NCBI GenBank assembly: GCA_965237675.1
Contig: OZ250150.1
Coordinates: 480,001 to 544,000 of the forward strand
DNA from: Candidatus Latescibacterota bacterium
Lineage (GTDB): Bacteria > Latescibacterota > UBA2968 > GCA-2709665
Reading direction: 5' to 3'
Length of the DNA stretch: 64,000 nucleotides
The notes below the pieces were generated by a model. That model was not told the DNA's origin and ran no database searches. It saw only the letters and a list, made by a program, of their open reading frames with translations. Every line of letters begins with the position of its first letter. Position 1 is the stretch's first letter. Below are positions 19,145 through 29,765 of the stretch, one piece after another. The translations under genes and the position numbers were made by a program.

Positions 19145-21160
19145 TTGAATACCGCAGCGGCGAGAGAGCGGAAACCTCCGGCTCCGGCGCCTGGCAATGA
19201 AACTGCCGCGCGGGATGGTCTGACGCCCCGAGCGTTCGGAATCGGCCTCGTCCTGTGCGGTCTGATGTGCCTGGGCCTGACCTACAACCGGATGATCACC
19301 CAGGGTTCCTTTCTGGGCGGCGGGTATTACATGGACCGGGGCGCGCTGTTCGTGTTGTTCCTCCTGGTCGTGGCCGCAAATCCGTTGCTGGGCGTGATCA
19401 AGAAACGGTTTGTCCTCACGCGCGGCGAACTGCTTGCCATTTACACCATGTTTCTCATTCTCCTGCCCGCCTGGGTGATGACCAAGCCGGTGATTCTCTA
19501 TACGACCGGCACGATCTACCACGCGACGCCGGAGTTGCGTCATATCGAGGCCGTGCCCCCCCACCTGCTCCCGTGGCTGGTGCCGCAGGGGGAAGGGACA
19601 GTCAAGGATCTCTACGAAGGCCTGCCGAAGGGAGATTCGATTCCGTGGCTGGGATGGGTGCTGCCCCTGTGGAGTTGGGGATCTTTCCTGGTCGTCCTCT
19701 TCATCGTGCTAATCTGCCTGGGCGTGCTGATGCGGCGGCAATGGGAGGAACACGAGCGGTTTGCGTTTCCCCTGATGCAGGTGCCGCTTGCAATGGTTGA
19801 AGCTGGAAACGGACGGTTCGCACCGGTGTTCAGAAGCCGGTTGCTGGCTGCCGGATTTGGGATTCCTTCTCTGGTCGGCATGCTGCGGGGGCTGCGGTAC
19901 TACTTTCCCAATATCCCGATCATCAACCTGGGAACCCACGTGCGAATCTTCCGGCGCACGATGGTTCTGCCCTTCAAGATCCATTTCCTGGTGCTCGGAT
20001 ATTCCTATTTCATCAATTTGGACGTGAGTTTCAGCCTGTGGGTCATCAACCTGATTACAAAGGTCATTCGGGGCGCGCTGGCGATGGTCGGCGCGGGCCA
20101 GACCTGGGGTGTGTCCGGGGTCGTGGGCCGTTACAGTTCTCAGGGGTCCGAGTTCCTGGCGATGATGGGGATGGGGTATATCCTGGCCCTGGCAGCGTAT
20201 AGCCTGTACGTGGCGAGGGGCCACCTGCGGCAGGTGTGGGCAAAGATTCGCGGCAGATCGTCGCACCTGAAGGACTCGGACGAGATCATTCCCTACCGGA
20301 CGGCGTTGCTGGGCGTCGGTCTGGGCGTGGGTTATCTCGGATTGTGGCTCTACCAGTCGGGGATTTCGGCGCCGCTGGTTCTGTTTCTGCTTATTTCCAG
20401 TCTCACTGTCTTTTTCGTGATGGCCCGGATCGTAAGTGAAACGGGCTTTGTTGCGACGTATTCACCCATCAATCCGTCCGAGTTCGTGGTGTGCGCGGTG
20501 GGATCCTCGGTGTTCAGTCCGGCGGGCCTGGCGACCCTGGGCATCAGCTACGTTTGGACGATGACGCGCAGAAACACACTGATGCCGCACGCTATGGGCG
20601 CCCTGCGGCTGGCGCGGGAAATTGGAAGAAAGCAGGGCTTGGTCTGGGCAATGGGGGTGGCGCTGGCCCTGGGGTTGGTGGCAACGGGATACACGACGTT
20701 GAATCTTGGGTACACGCACGGGGGCGTGAACATCGACTACCCATGGTTCAGTAACGTCAACGACGCCGCGTCTCCATTCGACGAGTTTATCGGACGGCGC
20801 CTTCTCGAACCCAGCCCCGTCTTCAAAATGGGTTTTCTCTATACGGCGTTGGGCACCGCGGTTGCCGCCGTCCTGATCCTGCTTCGGATGCGCCTGCCCT
20901 GGTGGCCGTTTCATCCGGCCGCGCTTCCGTTGAGCACGGTATGGTACATGGACTGGTTCGGATTCAGCGTGTTTCTGGCGTGGGGGATCAAGGCGGTTAT
21001 CCTGAGGGTGGGCGGGGCGGACCTCTACCGGAAGGCGCGTCCGTTTTTTATCGGGATGATTCTGGGGGAAGTCATGTGCTCGGGGGGATGGTCGGTGGTG
21101 AGCGCCTTTACGGGGCGACTCAAAACCTGGCCGTTTATGGGCTACTGGAATTCATCGTGA
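19145..21160 (+). CDS. DUF6785/DUF6784 polytopic membrane protein (putative transporter), paralog 1
   Basis: Many hydrophobic helices; QWEEHER..FP, RIVSETG, WWP.HP and RPFFIG..LG motifs. Confidence 0.75.
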   Translation: MNTAAARERKPPAPAPGNETAARDGLTPRAFGIGLVLCGLMCLGLTYNRMITQGSFLGGGYYMDRGALFVLFLLVVAANPLLGVIKKRFVLTRGELLAIYTMFLILLPAWVMTKPVILYTTGTIYHATPELRHIEAVPPHLLPWLVPQGEGTVKDLYEGLPKGDSIPWLGWVLPLWSWGSFLVVLFIVLICLGVLMRRQWEEHERFAFPLMQVPLAMVEAGNGRFAPVFRSRLLAAGFGIPSLVGMLRGLRYYFPNIPIINLGTHVRIFRRTMVLPFKIHFLVLGYSYFINLDVSFSLWVINLITKVIRGALAMVGAGQTWGVSGVVGRYSSQGSEFLAMMGMGYILALAAYSLYVARGHLRQVWAKIRGRSSHLKDSDEIIPYRTALLGVGLGVGYLGLWLYQSGISAPLVLFLLISSLTVFFVMARIVSETGFVATYSPINPSEFVVCAVGSSVFSPAGLATLGISYVWTMTRRNTLMPHAMGALRLAREIGRKQGLVWAMGVALALGLVATGYTTLNLGYTHGGVNIDYPWFSNVNDAASPFDEFIGRRLLEPSPVFKMGFLYTALGTAVAAVLILLRMRLPWWPFHPAALPLSTVWYMDWFGFSVFLAWGIKAVILRVGGADLYRKARPFFIGMILGEVMCSGGWSVVSAFTGRLKTWPFMGYWNSS

Positions 21161-21241
21161 GTTGCCCCCGGGATGGACGCTGAATAAGTAAGACACGGGT
21201 CGATGGTTCATCATCAACGTATACAGTAGAGGAGGAACGTA

Positions 21242-23263
21242 ATGCCAGACGAGAACCGAACGCTCCGCCGGTCGGCGCTGCTGCTTTTTCCGGATGCCGT
21301 GCTGAACGAGAAGACGCTCGACCGGATTGTCGATGAAGGGTTCACCGACGTGGGCGCAGGCGTTGCGGTCACGCCGGCGATAAAACAACAGGGCTTTTCG
21401 CTGGAGCAGTCGGAGAGGCTTGCCCGGATGTGCGAGAAACGGGGCCTGGGTCTGATTGCCTTTACCGGGTATATGAAGTATAACGAACACCTGCTGGCGG
21501 AAGAACCCCACCGGCTGATGCAAATGGTCGGCGATGGGGAAGTACTGGATCTGGACGGACTGCGGGTCCGGTGGATGTGTCCCTTTCGCCCCGAGAACAA
21601 GTCACACTACCTGTCCCTGCTGATGGAGATTTGCAACTGGCGGGCGATTCGGGAGATCCACCTCAATGACGAGGCGTGTCTTGGATTCGGAGACGGAACA
21701 ATCGGCTGTTACTGCGAATTCTGCCAGGCTGGATTCCGGGAGCGCACGGGATCCGATCCGCCGAGGTCGCCTGATTGGGACGATCCTCTGTGGTACGCGT
21801 GGCTGGAATTCCGCTTTGACAATTGGGAGGCGGTACACTCGGAATTTCGGCGGGCAATCAAGGATGTCCGGCCGGACGTCGCCGTGGGGATACAGCACAG
21901 TCCCGCCATGCCTGAGCGGAATTACAATGCCTGGCAGACGGCCGTCTGCCTTGCCCGGGATGCCCGTTCACAGGATGTTATCGCCACGGATCCCTATCAT
22001 TTCAATCACGACGACCTCATCCTGCACCGGCCTCACCGCAGAATCCTTTCGGAGACGACGAGAAGCCTGATGGGGGCGTGCATGGATCGGCAGGTGGATA
22101 TCTATCCACAGGGCTTCATGCCCCCGTCGCAGGCGGTGCCGATGGGAAGGCAGGACGGTCTGCTGGCGGGCGTGGTGCCGTTTGCGCTGGGTGCAGACCT
22201 GGTGATGCCATTTACCTATGAACAGATGAAGATCATCCCGGGGTTTTTCGAGGCGTTCGAAGAGTCCAGGCGGCTGGACCCCATGTTCGAGTCCCACCGG
22301 CCCTATAGTTTCGCGACGATGATTATGCCCCAACAATCCGAGATCACCGGCCACTACGATTCGAACTGGGGGCATCAAGGGTTGATCCAGATGGTCGATA
22401 TGGTCTACCGGACCGGCCTGCCGTGGCGTTGGTTCTGGGACCAGCGCCTGGACGACGTGGGCGGCCAGCTGAGGGGACCGGTCATCCTGCCCGAGGTGCA
22501 CTGCCTCACGCAGCTACAACTCGATCGCGTCAACACGGTTGCCGAACGTGGAGAGGGTCTCCTCTGGATCGGCAACAGGCCGGCCACCCCGTGGGCAGGC
22601 AGCGGCCCATGCAAGCTGCCTTGCGCGATTGAGTCGGGGGTCTTTGAACTCGACCTTCAGGGCGATCATCCACTGACAGACGGCCTGGAGCACCCGGTGA
22701 TCCTCAGTACCCGCGTAAATGGTCCTTGTCCGGACGGACAGGTGTTGGGGACGGTGGATGGCCGGCCAGCACTCGTGCTCACGGAGGATGGGGAGCGGCG
22801 GGAGGCCTGGCTTGCGGGCATGCCGGCTGTAAACTACACGGGGACCGTACCCGGCAAGTCTTCGCTCGAGGAGACGTCCAACGTGGAACTGCTGCGCAGG
22901 CTGATCCTCTGGATCGCGGGCCGCAGGCCGTTGGCGCGGCTGGACCCCTTCCCTCCCGTGGATGACTACCGAACGTTGCGGCCGTCAGACCGGCGCGCCG
23001 TGCCCACCATCGAACTGTTGCCCATGGTCGGGGACACCGGTTCCCTGCTGGCGGTCCTTTTCCCGTATACGCCGGTGAGATGCCGGACGTCCCTGGAAAT
23101 CAGCCTTCCGGAAGGGCAGACCGTGCGGAACGTCCGCGAACTCTGGTCCGGTGAGGACTGGAGCGACCGCCTGACGTTGGCCGAAGAAGACGCGATGCGC
23201 ATTCCGCTGGACATTGCGGGGGATTGTGATCTCCTGGCAATTCATATGCAGATCGAGAGTTGA
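21242..23263 (+). CDS. GH42-like TIM-barrel glycoside hydrolase (paralog of 12025-14121)
   Basis: FTGYMKY..EHL, W.CP, LNDE, CYCxxC and DPY shared with the 698-aa protein; GAGGAGG RBS. Confidence 0.65.
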   Translation: MPDENRTLRRSALLLFPDAVLNEKTLDRIVDEGFTDVGAGVAVTPAIKQQGFSLEQSERLARMCEKRGLGLIAFTGYMKYNEHLLAEEPHRLMQMVGDGEVLDLDGLRVRWMCPFRPENKSHYLSLLMEICNWRAIREIHLNDEACLGFGDGTIGCYCEFCQAGFRERTGSDPPRSPDWDDPLWYAWLEFRFDNWEAVHSEFRRAIKDVRPDVAVGIQHSPAMPERNYNAWQTAVCLARDARSQDVIATDPYHFNHDDLILHRPHRRILSETTRSLMGACMDRQVDIYPQGFMPPSQAVPMGRQDGLLAGVVPFALGADLVMPFTYEQMKIIPGFFEAFEESRRLDPMFESHRPYSFATMIMPQQSEITGHYDSNWGHQGLIQMVDMVYRTGLPWRWFWDQRLDDVGGQLRGPVILPEVHCLTQLQLDRVNTVAERGEGLLWIGNRPATPWAGSGPCKLPCAIESGVFELDLQGDHPLTDGLEHPVILSTRVNGPCPDGQVLGTVDGRPALVLTEDGERREAWLAGMPAVNYTGTVPGKSSLEETSNVELLRRLILWIAGRRPLARLDPFPPVDDYRTLRPSDRRAVPTIELLPMVGDTGSLLAVLFPYTPVRCRTSLEISLPEGQTVRNVRELWSGEDWSDRLTLAEEDAMRIPLDIAGDCDLLAIHMQIES

Positions 23264-25269
23264 GCGCTTCCCCAACACAATCCGGAGATGTCGAACGAAT
23301 GTCGCAGACAACCGGACGGGTCATGCCGGATAGCCGGATGACGGACGGAGACGGGCTATCGCTCCGGGCGTTCCTGATCGGGCTAGGTCTGTGCGCTTTT
23401 CTGGGGGTCTGGCTGACCTACAACCGGATGGTGGTGCAGGGGCCCTTTATGGGCTGGTATTTTCTGGACCGGGGCGTCTTGTTCCTCTTTTTCTGCCTCG
23501 TGGTGCTGCTCAACCCCATGCTGGGCTTTTTGAAGCGCCGCTATGCCCTGGGCCGCGGCGAGTTGCTGGCCATTTATGCGATGCTTCTGCTCTTGATGCC
23601 GGCGTGGGCGATGAGCAAGGCACTGCTCGGGTTCATGACAGGCGTGACCTACTACGCTTCGCCGGAGATGCGGCACCTGGAGGCGGTTCTGCCCTATTCG
23701 CTGCCGTGGCTGGCGGTCCTGGACGTCGAGGCGGTGAGAGGGCTGTACGAAGGATTGCCGAAAGGAGGATCGGTTCCCTGGTGGGCGTGGGTGGTTCCCC
23801 TGTGGAGTTGGGGGTCGTTTCTGGTCGCGCTGTTTGTCGTGCTGGGTTGTCTGGCGGTGGTTCTACGGAAGCAGTGGGAGGAGCACGAGCGATTCTCCTT
23901 CCCGATCATGCAGGTGCCCATTGCGATGGGAGAGCAGGGGACGGGGAGCGTGGGACCGCTGTTCGGAAGCCGGATGATGTGGTCGGGGTTTGCGGTACCG
24001 TTTACCGTCGGTTCGATCAATGCGCTTCACAGTTACTTCCACACACTGCCCCGAATGAACCTGAGGGCAGTCATATGGATCTTCAGGCGCGCGATACCTC
24101 TGTCAATCAGGCTCAACTTCGCCCTTCTGGGTTATGCCTATTTCGTAAACCTGGACGTGAGCCTCAGCATCTGGCTCCTGAATGTCATCGCCAAATGCAT
24201 CAGCGGCGCGCTTGCATTGTTGGGGGTGGATCGATACGGCCTATCGGGGATGGTGGGGCGGCACAGTTCCCAGGGGTCGGAATTCCTCGCGTTCATGGGC
24301 ATGGGGTATATGCTGGCGCTGGCCGGTTACAGCCTGTGGATTGCCAGGGGCCATTTGAAGGCGGTCTGGGCGAAGGCACTGGGCCGCCGGTCGGACCTGG
24401 ACGATTCGGAGGAGGTGGTCCCCTACCGGACCGCGCTGGCGTGTGTTTTGATGGGGTCGCTGTATCTCGGATGCTGGCTTTATCAGGCGGGGTTGTCGCC
24501 GCCCGTGATCGCATTCCTGTTCGTCGCCTGCTTTGTGGTATTCCTCGCCCTTTCGCGGATCGTGAGCGAGACCGGTTATGCCGCGACATATTCTCCGCTG
24601 AATCCGTCGGAGTTCGTGGTTTGCGCGGTCGGTTCTTCGGCGTTCGGTCCCACGGGTCTGGTAACCGTCGGGCTCAGTTACGTGTGGACGATGACGCGGC
24701 TGAATACGATGATGCCTCGTGCTTCGGCGGCGCTCAGGTTGGCGCGGGAAATGGGAAGGACGCGGGGTTTGATCTGGGCGATGGGGGCGGCACTTGCCGT
24801 GGGACTGGTCGTCGCCAGCTATACGACGCTGGATCTGGGGTACGCGCACGGAGGACGAAATCTGGACTACTGGTTCCGGGACGTGAACGACGCCGCCCTT
24901 CCGTACGACGAATACGTGGGACGCCGCCTGTTGGATCCGAGCCCGATTTTCTATCGAGGATTCATATATACCGGATTCGGTCTGGGCGTTGCCGCCCTGT
25001 TGATGGTCCTGCGAACGCGGCTGCCCTGGTGGCCCCTGCACCCCGTGGCGCTGCCGGTGAGTACGATCTGGATGACGGAGCACTATTATTTCAGTGTTTT
25101 TCTGGCCTGGGGGATCAAGGCGCTGGTGATGAAATTCGGCGGGGCGACGCTCTACAGGAGAACCAGGCCGTTCTTCATTGGGATCATCCTGGGAGAGGCG
25201 GTCTGCCTGGGGACGTGGAGCCTGATCGACTTTGCCACCGGAAAGGTGGGAAACATATCCCTGCTTTAA
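23260..25269 (+). CDS. DUF6785/DUF6784 membrane protein, paralog 2
   Basis: Colinear with paralog 1 (SSQGSEFLA, YSP.NPSEFVVCAVGSS); start codon uncertain. Confidence 0.75.
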   Translation: MSASPTQSGDVERMSQTTGRVMPDSRMTDGDGLSLRAFLIGLGLCAFLGVWLTYNRMVVQGPFMGWYFLDRGVLFLFFCLVVLLNPMLGFLKRRYALGRGELLAIYAMLLLLMPAWAMSKALLGFMTGVTYYASPEMRHLEAVLPYSLPWLAVLDVEAVRGLYEGLPKGGSVPWWAWVVPLWSWGSFLVALFVVLGCLAVVLRKQWEEHERFSFPIMQVPIAMGEQGTGSVGPLFGSRMMWSGFAVPFTVGSINALHSYFHTLPRMNLRAVIWIFRRAIPLSIRLNFALLGYAYFVNLDVSLSIWLLNVIAKCISGALALLGVDRYGLSGMVGRHSSQGSEFLAFMGMGYMLALAGYSLWIARGHLKAVWAKALGRRSDLDDSEEVVPYRTALACVLMGSLYLGCWLYQAGLSPPVIAFLFVACFVVFLALSRIVSETGYAATYSPLNPSEFVVCAVGSSAFGPTGLVTVGLSYVWTMTRLNTMMPRASAALRLAREMGRTRGLIWAMGAALAVGLVVASYTTLDLGYAHGGRNLDYWFRDVNDAALPYDEYVGRRLLDPSPIFYRGFIYTGFGLGVAALLMVLRTRLPWWPLHPVALPVSTIWMTEHYYFSVFLAWGIKALVMKFGGATLYRRTRPFFIGIILGEAVCLGTWSLIDFATGKVGNISLL

Positions 25270-25326
25270 CGAACGACGACATGCCTGTTGATCAACGGAT
25301 CACTTCATTCAAAAGGAGTCCCAACC

Positions 25327-26244
25327 ATGCTGACTCAGGAACAGATCGACTTCTATCGGGCCAATGGCTATCTGGGTCTTGAGAACGCTCTCTCACAAGC
25401 GGAGGTCGAAGAACTTCGCCAGGTTACGGACGCGTTCGTTGACGCGTCCCGACAGGTCACCAGAACCAACGACGTATTCGACCTGGAACCGGGCCATACG
25501 CCTGAAAACCCGCAGTTGCGCCGTCTCATAGACCCATCCAGGCAGCACGACGTGTACGCCCGTGGCCTGCGCCACGAAAAGATCCTCGACATCACCGCAC
25601 AGCTCATCGGTCGCGGCATTCGGACCAATGGGGATAAGCTCAATATGAAATCCGCCGAGGTGGGAAGCCCTGTGGAATGGCATCAGGACTGGGCGTTCTA
25701 CCCCCACACCAACGACGATCTTCTCGCCGTTGGCGTCGCCATAGACGACATGACCAGGGAAAACGGCTGCCTTCTGGTGATCCCCGGATCTCACAGGGGT
25801 CGCGTCTACGACCACCACCTCAACGGCCGCTTTGCCGGCGCGGTCACGGAACCGGATTTCACTGGCGACGGCGCCGTACCGATCGAAGTCAAAGCCGGCG
25901 GTATCTCCATCCACCACGTCCGAATGCTGCATGGCTCCGCCCCGAATACGTCCGGCAAGCCTCGCCGTCTCCTCCTCTGTATGTATTGTGCGGTAGATGC
26001 CTGGCCGCTGGTTCAGCCCACAAATAGCTGGGAGGAGTTCAACGGCAAAATTCTCCGCGGGGAACCGACCCGCGAACCACGCCTGGTCGACGTTCCCGTT
26101 CGGATACCGCTTCCCCCTGCCGACCGCCGGGGGTCGATTTATGAAATTCAGACCGTCCTCGAGTCGAGTAAGGTAACTCCCGGCGATGTCGGAACTCCGA
26201 GTAAAATCTCTTCGATTCTTTCAGGAGAAGACAAAGTTGCGTGA
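25327..26244 (+). CDS. PhyH family dioxygenase
   Basis: MLTQEQIDFY..NGY, WHQD, ENGCL..IPGSH and LHGS.PN motifs; AAGGAG RBS. Confidence 0.9.
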   Translation: MLTQEQIDFYRANGYLGLENALSQAEVEELRQVTDAFVDASRQVTRTNDVFDLEPGHTPENPQLRRLIDPSRQHDVYARGLRHEKILDITAQLIGRGIRTNGDKLNMKSAEVGSPVEWHQDWAFYPHTNDDLLAVGVAIDDMTRENGCLLVIPGSHRGRVYDHHLNGRFAGAVTEPDFTGDGAVPIEVKAGGISIHHVRMLHGSAPNTSGKPRRLLLCMYCAVDAWPLVQPTNSWEEFNGKILRGEPTREPRLVDVPVRIPLPPADRRGSIYEIQTVLESSKVTPGDVGTPSKISSILSGEDKVA

Positions 26245-27208
26245 TTTTCCGTCAAAAGATGAGGTCACCATCTGTTTTGCCGGTACCTATCAGATGGCGG
26301 CCAGGTTTGAGAAGCGTGAATCCGGTATCAGCCACTACCAGGCGTGGACGCCGGATGAGGTAACCGAGCGAATCGGAGAGGTTGTCGTGTTCGTGGGTTA
26401 CGGATTCTGGCGCAACGGTCTGCTCGACCTCGCGCCGAGGCTCCGGTTGATCCAATCAATCGGCGCGGGGTACGACGTGTTTCCATTGGATGAGTTGAGG
26501 TCACGGGGCATACGGCTTACCAGTTCCCAGGGTGTGAACAGGAACGCCGTGAGTGAGCACGCGATGGCGCTTATTCTGGCGTTTGCCCGACACATCCACA
26601 CCGGACGGGACAACCAGCGCCGGCGCCACTGGCGCGGAATGATCTCGGACCTGTCGCGGCGAGAGGACGAACTGGGTGGAAAGACGATGCTGATCGTGGG
26701 GATGGGAGGTATCGGGTCCAGGCTGGCGGCGCTGGCCAGGGCGTTCGATATGCGTGTCCTTGCCACGAAGCGCGACCCGGCGACGGCCAGGGGACCGGCG
26801 GACGAGGTGCATACGCCGGACCGGCTGCGGGACCTGCTGCCGCAGGCCGACTACGTCGTGTTGACCTGCCCACTGACGCCGGAGACGGAGAAGATTATCG
26901 ACGCGGAGGCCCTGTCTGCGATGAAGAGCTCTTCGTGTCTGATCAATGTCGCTCGGGGCAGGTGCGTGGATGAGCCGGCGCTGCTGGAAGCGGTGCGCAG
27001 CGGGTCGATTGGGGGCGCCGGGATCGACCTTTTGTGGGACGAGCCGCTACCGGAGGACTCGCCGTTTTGGGACCTGGAGAATGTTGTGATCACGCCCCAC
27101 ACCGCGGGCCAGACCCGCATGTACGAGGAGAATACGATCGATATTCTGTTGGAGAACCTGGAACGGCTGTGGCGTGGCGAGGTGGAACTGCGTAACCAGG
27201 TTCTGTAG
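26237..27208 (+). CDS. D-2-hydroxyacid dehydrogenase
   Basis: GMGGIG, PLTPET, INVARG, EPL and TPH.AG motifs. TTG start follows AGGAG; alternative ATG at 26186. Confidence 0.9.
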   Translation: MRDFPSKDEVTICFAGTYQMAARFEKRESGISHYQAWTPDEVTERIGEVVVFVGYGFWRNGLLDLAPRLRLIQSIGAGYDVFPLDELRSRGIRLTSSQGVNRNAVSEHAMALILAFARHIHTGRDNQRRRHWRGMISDLSRREDELGGKTMLIVGMGGIGSRLAALARAFDMRVLATKRDPATARGPADEVHTPDRLRDLLPQADYVVLTCPLTPETEKIIDAEALSAMKSSSCLINVARGRCVDEPALLEAVRSGSIGGAGIDLLWDEPLPEDSPFWDLENVVITPHTAGQTRMYEENTIDILLENLERLWRGEVELRNQVL

Positions 27209-27276
27209 AGGGGGCCCTCACCCCGCCCGGCTGCTGCGGGCAGGGTATAAGTGAAGGGTTTTTGTGTGCGGAGAAT

Positions 27277-29748
27277 ATGGCAATGGTGAGGTTGGAAGTG
27301 TTGAAGGCTGCGGTGAACTGTGTGACGCTGGATGTGGACCTTCAGGGGGAAAGGGGGGCGCGGATTTATCGTGCACGGCGGGCGTCCGGGCCCTACGAGG
27401 AAGTGGGGGTGGCCTACGGGAAGCGGTATGTGGATGGGGCGGATTTGGTGCCGGGGAGGCGGCATTTCTATTGTGCTGCAGCCTGGAACGGTCCCTACCT
27501 GTATCCGGGGCCGGGGTGGTGGGAGGAGCGGCAGCCGGTTTCTGTGGTTGTTCCACGGGCGCCGAAGGAGAGGCGGGCTATCCTGACGCGGAAGCGACAG
27601 GCGTTTACGGTGAATATGGGCGGGTACCTGGACGAGTCGAATACGGTGACGAAGCAGCCGGAGACGTACTCTTCCGGACCGGGCCGGAGTATGCCGCCCT
27701 ACGACCAGGCGTTTGAACCCAACATGTATGTGGCGATTGAGAACCAGGGGGAGACAGATGTGGTGAATCCGTGGGTGGTGGCCAATGGGGAGAGGGACTG
27801 GTGGTCAGTTGAGGGCATGGCGCAGGAGATTCTGGAGACCGCCGGTTCGGGGGCGTCGGATGGTGAGAAGGCGATGGGAGTGTGGCGGTTTGTTGCCGAA
27901 GAGCTTTACGACCAGAGGGCCGGTCTGTCGTGGTCGGACGATTTTGGAGACCCGGTAAAGCTGTTCAATGTGTACGGGTTCGACGGCTGTATTGCGAATG
28001 CTGTCGTGAGCTGCCGTTTAGCCGAGGCAGTTGGACTGAAGGCCCGTGAGATCTGGCTGGGCGGAATTGCCTCTATCGATGGCTACGGCCGGGGACGGGC
28101 ATGCGCCCATGATATTTTTGAAGCGTATGCGGAAGGGAACTGGCGTTTCCTGGATACGGATCAGATGGTGTATTTCCTGAAGCGGGACAACAGGACGGTG
28201 GCGGGGTCGGAGGATCTGGCGCGGGATATCGATCTGATGCGCCGGTCGCACCGAAACCTGGGTCTGGCGGGAAGGGATATGCCGGAAAATGAGTATTATT
28301 ATACGCCGTTCCAGGAGCGGCAGTTTGTGTATCCGCCGAACAAAGGGGGGGTCTGGACGGACAACACGGGCGTTTTTACGCATGCGCCGGGGGAATATCC
28401 GCCGCCTCATACGATGGGGCTGCGGTTGCGTCCGGGGGAGAAGCTCGTGCGCTACTGGGACAACGTGGGGAAACAGGTGGTGCGGGGGCCTCGAATGCAT
28501 CCGGAGGTACGATTTTCCAACGGGAAGCTGGTCTACCGGCCGGACCTGCGCAGTCCGCTCTGTCTGAAGGGGACCGAGGGGTTGACGAATGTGGTGCAGG
28601 AGGGCTCGGGGCGGAGAGCCGCGCTGCATCCGGCAAGGGCGGGGCAGGTGTCGGAGGTGGTGTGGAAGGTGGCGTCGCCTTATGCGATTCCGGGGGTGCA
28701 GGTGGGGATCACTTGCAGGCGGGAGACCCGGGAGGACGGTCTGGAGGTGTTATTTTCTAAGGATGGGAAGAACTGGCGTTCGATCTGGATCGCGTGCGGA
28801 CAGATGCGCGAGGGCAGACAGGATATTGTGCGTAGGCTGGACGCGTGCATAGAGTTGGACGGGCTCATCAATCCGGCGCTGAACGACTGGCGGGAAGAGA
28901 AGGACCTGGTGTGGCGGATGGGGCCCTGCTATTCCTACTACATCAAGGTGGCGATGTGGGCAGGTTCCGGACCGGAGGCAGTGGGGCTGGACGCGATCCG
29001 GTTCGACACGGACATCCAATGCGCCACACGATCCCTGCCCTCGCTGTTTTTCGGGAAGAATACAATCGCCTACCGGGATGACAGCCCGGGACGGCGAAAG
29101 GTGCGTGTGACGTATGGCTGGCAAGAGGAACATGCGATAAGGCCTCCCGCGGCACCGGAGCCGGTGTATCCCCGAGATGGGGCGGCCGTGAACCGTCTGA
29201 ATTTCGAGTTCCGGTGGAAGCGTCCCAAAGGGGGCAGTGCGCGGGTGGACGAATACCACGTGCAGGTGAGCCGGCACGCGGATTTCCGGTGGTGCGTCTG
29301 CCCGACGTTCGACCGCTATGTGGGGAGGACAAAATATGCGGGAAAGACGCGGTGGCAGCCGGAGTTTCCGAATCTGCTGAATCCGGATGAGACCTATTAC
29401 TGGCGGGTGCGGGCGAGGAATGCGAAGGGAGTGTGGGGAGACTGGAGTGCGGTGCGGTCATTCGTGCCGCACGGTCCCCGTCTTCCGGTGGGTCCTGAGG
29501 TGAAGGGTCGAGGCAAGGGCAGGGCGCTGGTGTGGTCGGCGAATGAGGAGGGGAATCCGCCGGTTGGGTATCGGGTTCACGGATCGATGGAGCCGGGAGG
29601 TTTTTCGGCAGGTGAGGAGAATCTGGCAGGCGTCGTGGAAGAGGCGCGCTGGCCGCTGGAGGGGGCGAGGAAGGGGATGTCGTATCGTGTGGTGGCGGTG
29701 GATGCGCGCGGGGTGCCAAGTACGCCTTCGGATTACGTCGAAATCTAA
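27277..29748 (+). CDS. Transglutaminase-like (Cys-His-Asp) protein with C-terminal FN3-like domains
   Basis: YGFDGC, AHDIFEAY and W.FLDTD triad pattern; YYWRVRARN..G.WG.WS FN3 motif. Confidence 0.6.
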   Translation: MAMVRLEVLKAAVNCVTLDVDLQGERGARIYRARRASGPYEEVGVAYGKRYVDGADLVPGRRHFYCAAAWNGPYLYPGPGWWEERQPVSVVVPRAPKERRAILTRKRQAFTVNMGGYLDESNTVTKQPETYSSGPGRSMPPYDQAFEPNMYVAIENQGETDVVNPWVVANGERDWWSVEGMAQEILETAGSGASDGEKAMGVWRFVAEELYDQRAGLSWSDDFGDPVKLFNVYGFDGCIANAVVSCRLAEAVGLKAREIWLGGIASIDGYGRGRACAHDIFEAYAEGNWRFLDTDQMVYFLKRDNRTVAGSEDLARDIDLMRRSHRNLGLAGRDMPENEYYYTPFQERQFVYPPNKGGVWTDNTGVFTHAPGEYPPPHTMGLRLRPGEKLVRYWDNVGKQVVRGPRMHPEVRFSNGKLVYRPDLRSPLCLKGTEGLTNVVQEGSGRRAALHPARAGQVSEVVWKVASPYAIPGVQVGITCRRETREDGLEVLFSKDGKNWRSIWIACGQMREGRQDIVRRLDACIELDGLINPALNDWREEKDLVWRMGPCYSYYIKVAMWAGSGPEAVGLDAIRFDTDIQCATRSLPSLFFGKNTIAYRDDSPGRRKVRVTYGWQEEHAIRPPAAPEPVYPRDGAAVNRLNFEFRWKRPKGGSARVDEYHVQVSRHADFRWCVCPTFDRYVGRTKYAGKTRWQPEFPNLLNPDETYYWRVRARNAKGVWGDWSAVRSFVPHGPRLPVGPEVKGRGKGRALVWSANEEGNPPVGYRVHGSMEPGGFSAGEENLAGVVEEARWPLEGARKGMSYRVVAVDARGVPSTPSDYVEI

Positions 29749-29765
29749 TAAAGAGGATGTAAGGG

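Noticed and set aside
23391-25382. 663-aa overlapping ORF and similar long shadow ORFs (33789-35573, 29543-30895, 7440-8708, 17041-18297)
   Set aside because: Alternative-frame or antisense shadows of real genes in GC-rich DNA, with no recognisable motifs.
25327-26244. C-rich PhyH gene amid G-rich neighbours, suggesting relocation
   Set aside because: Visual impression only; it cannot be quantified without computation.
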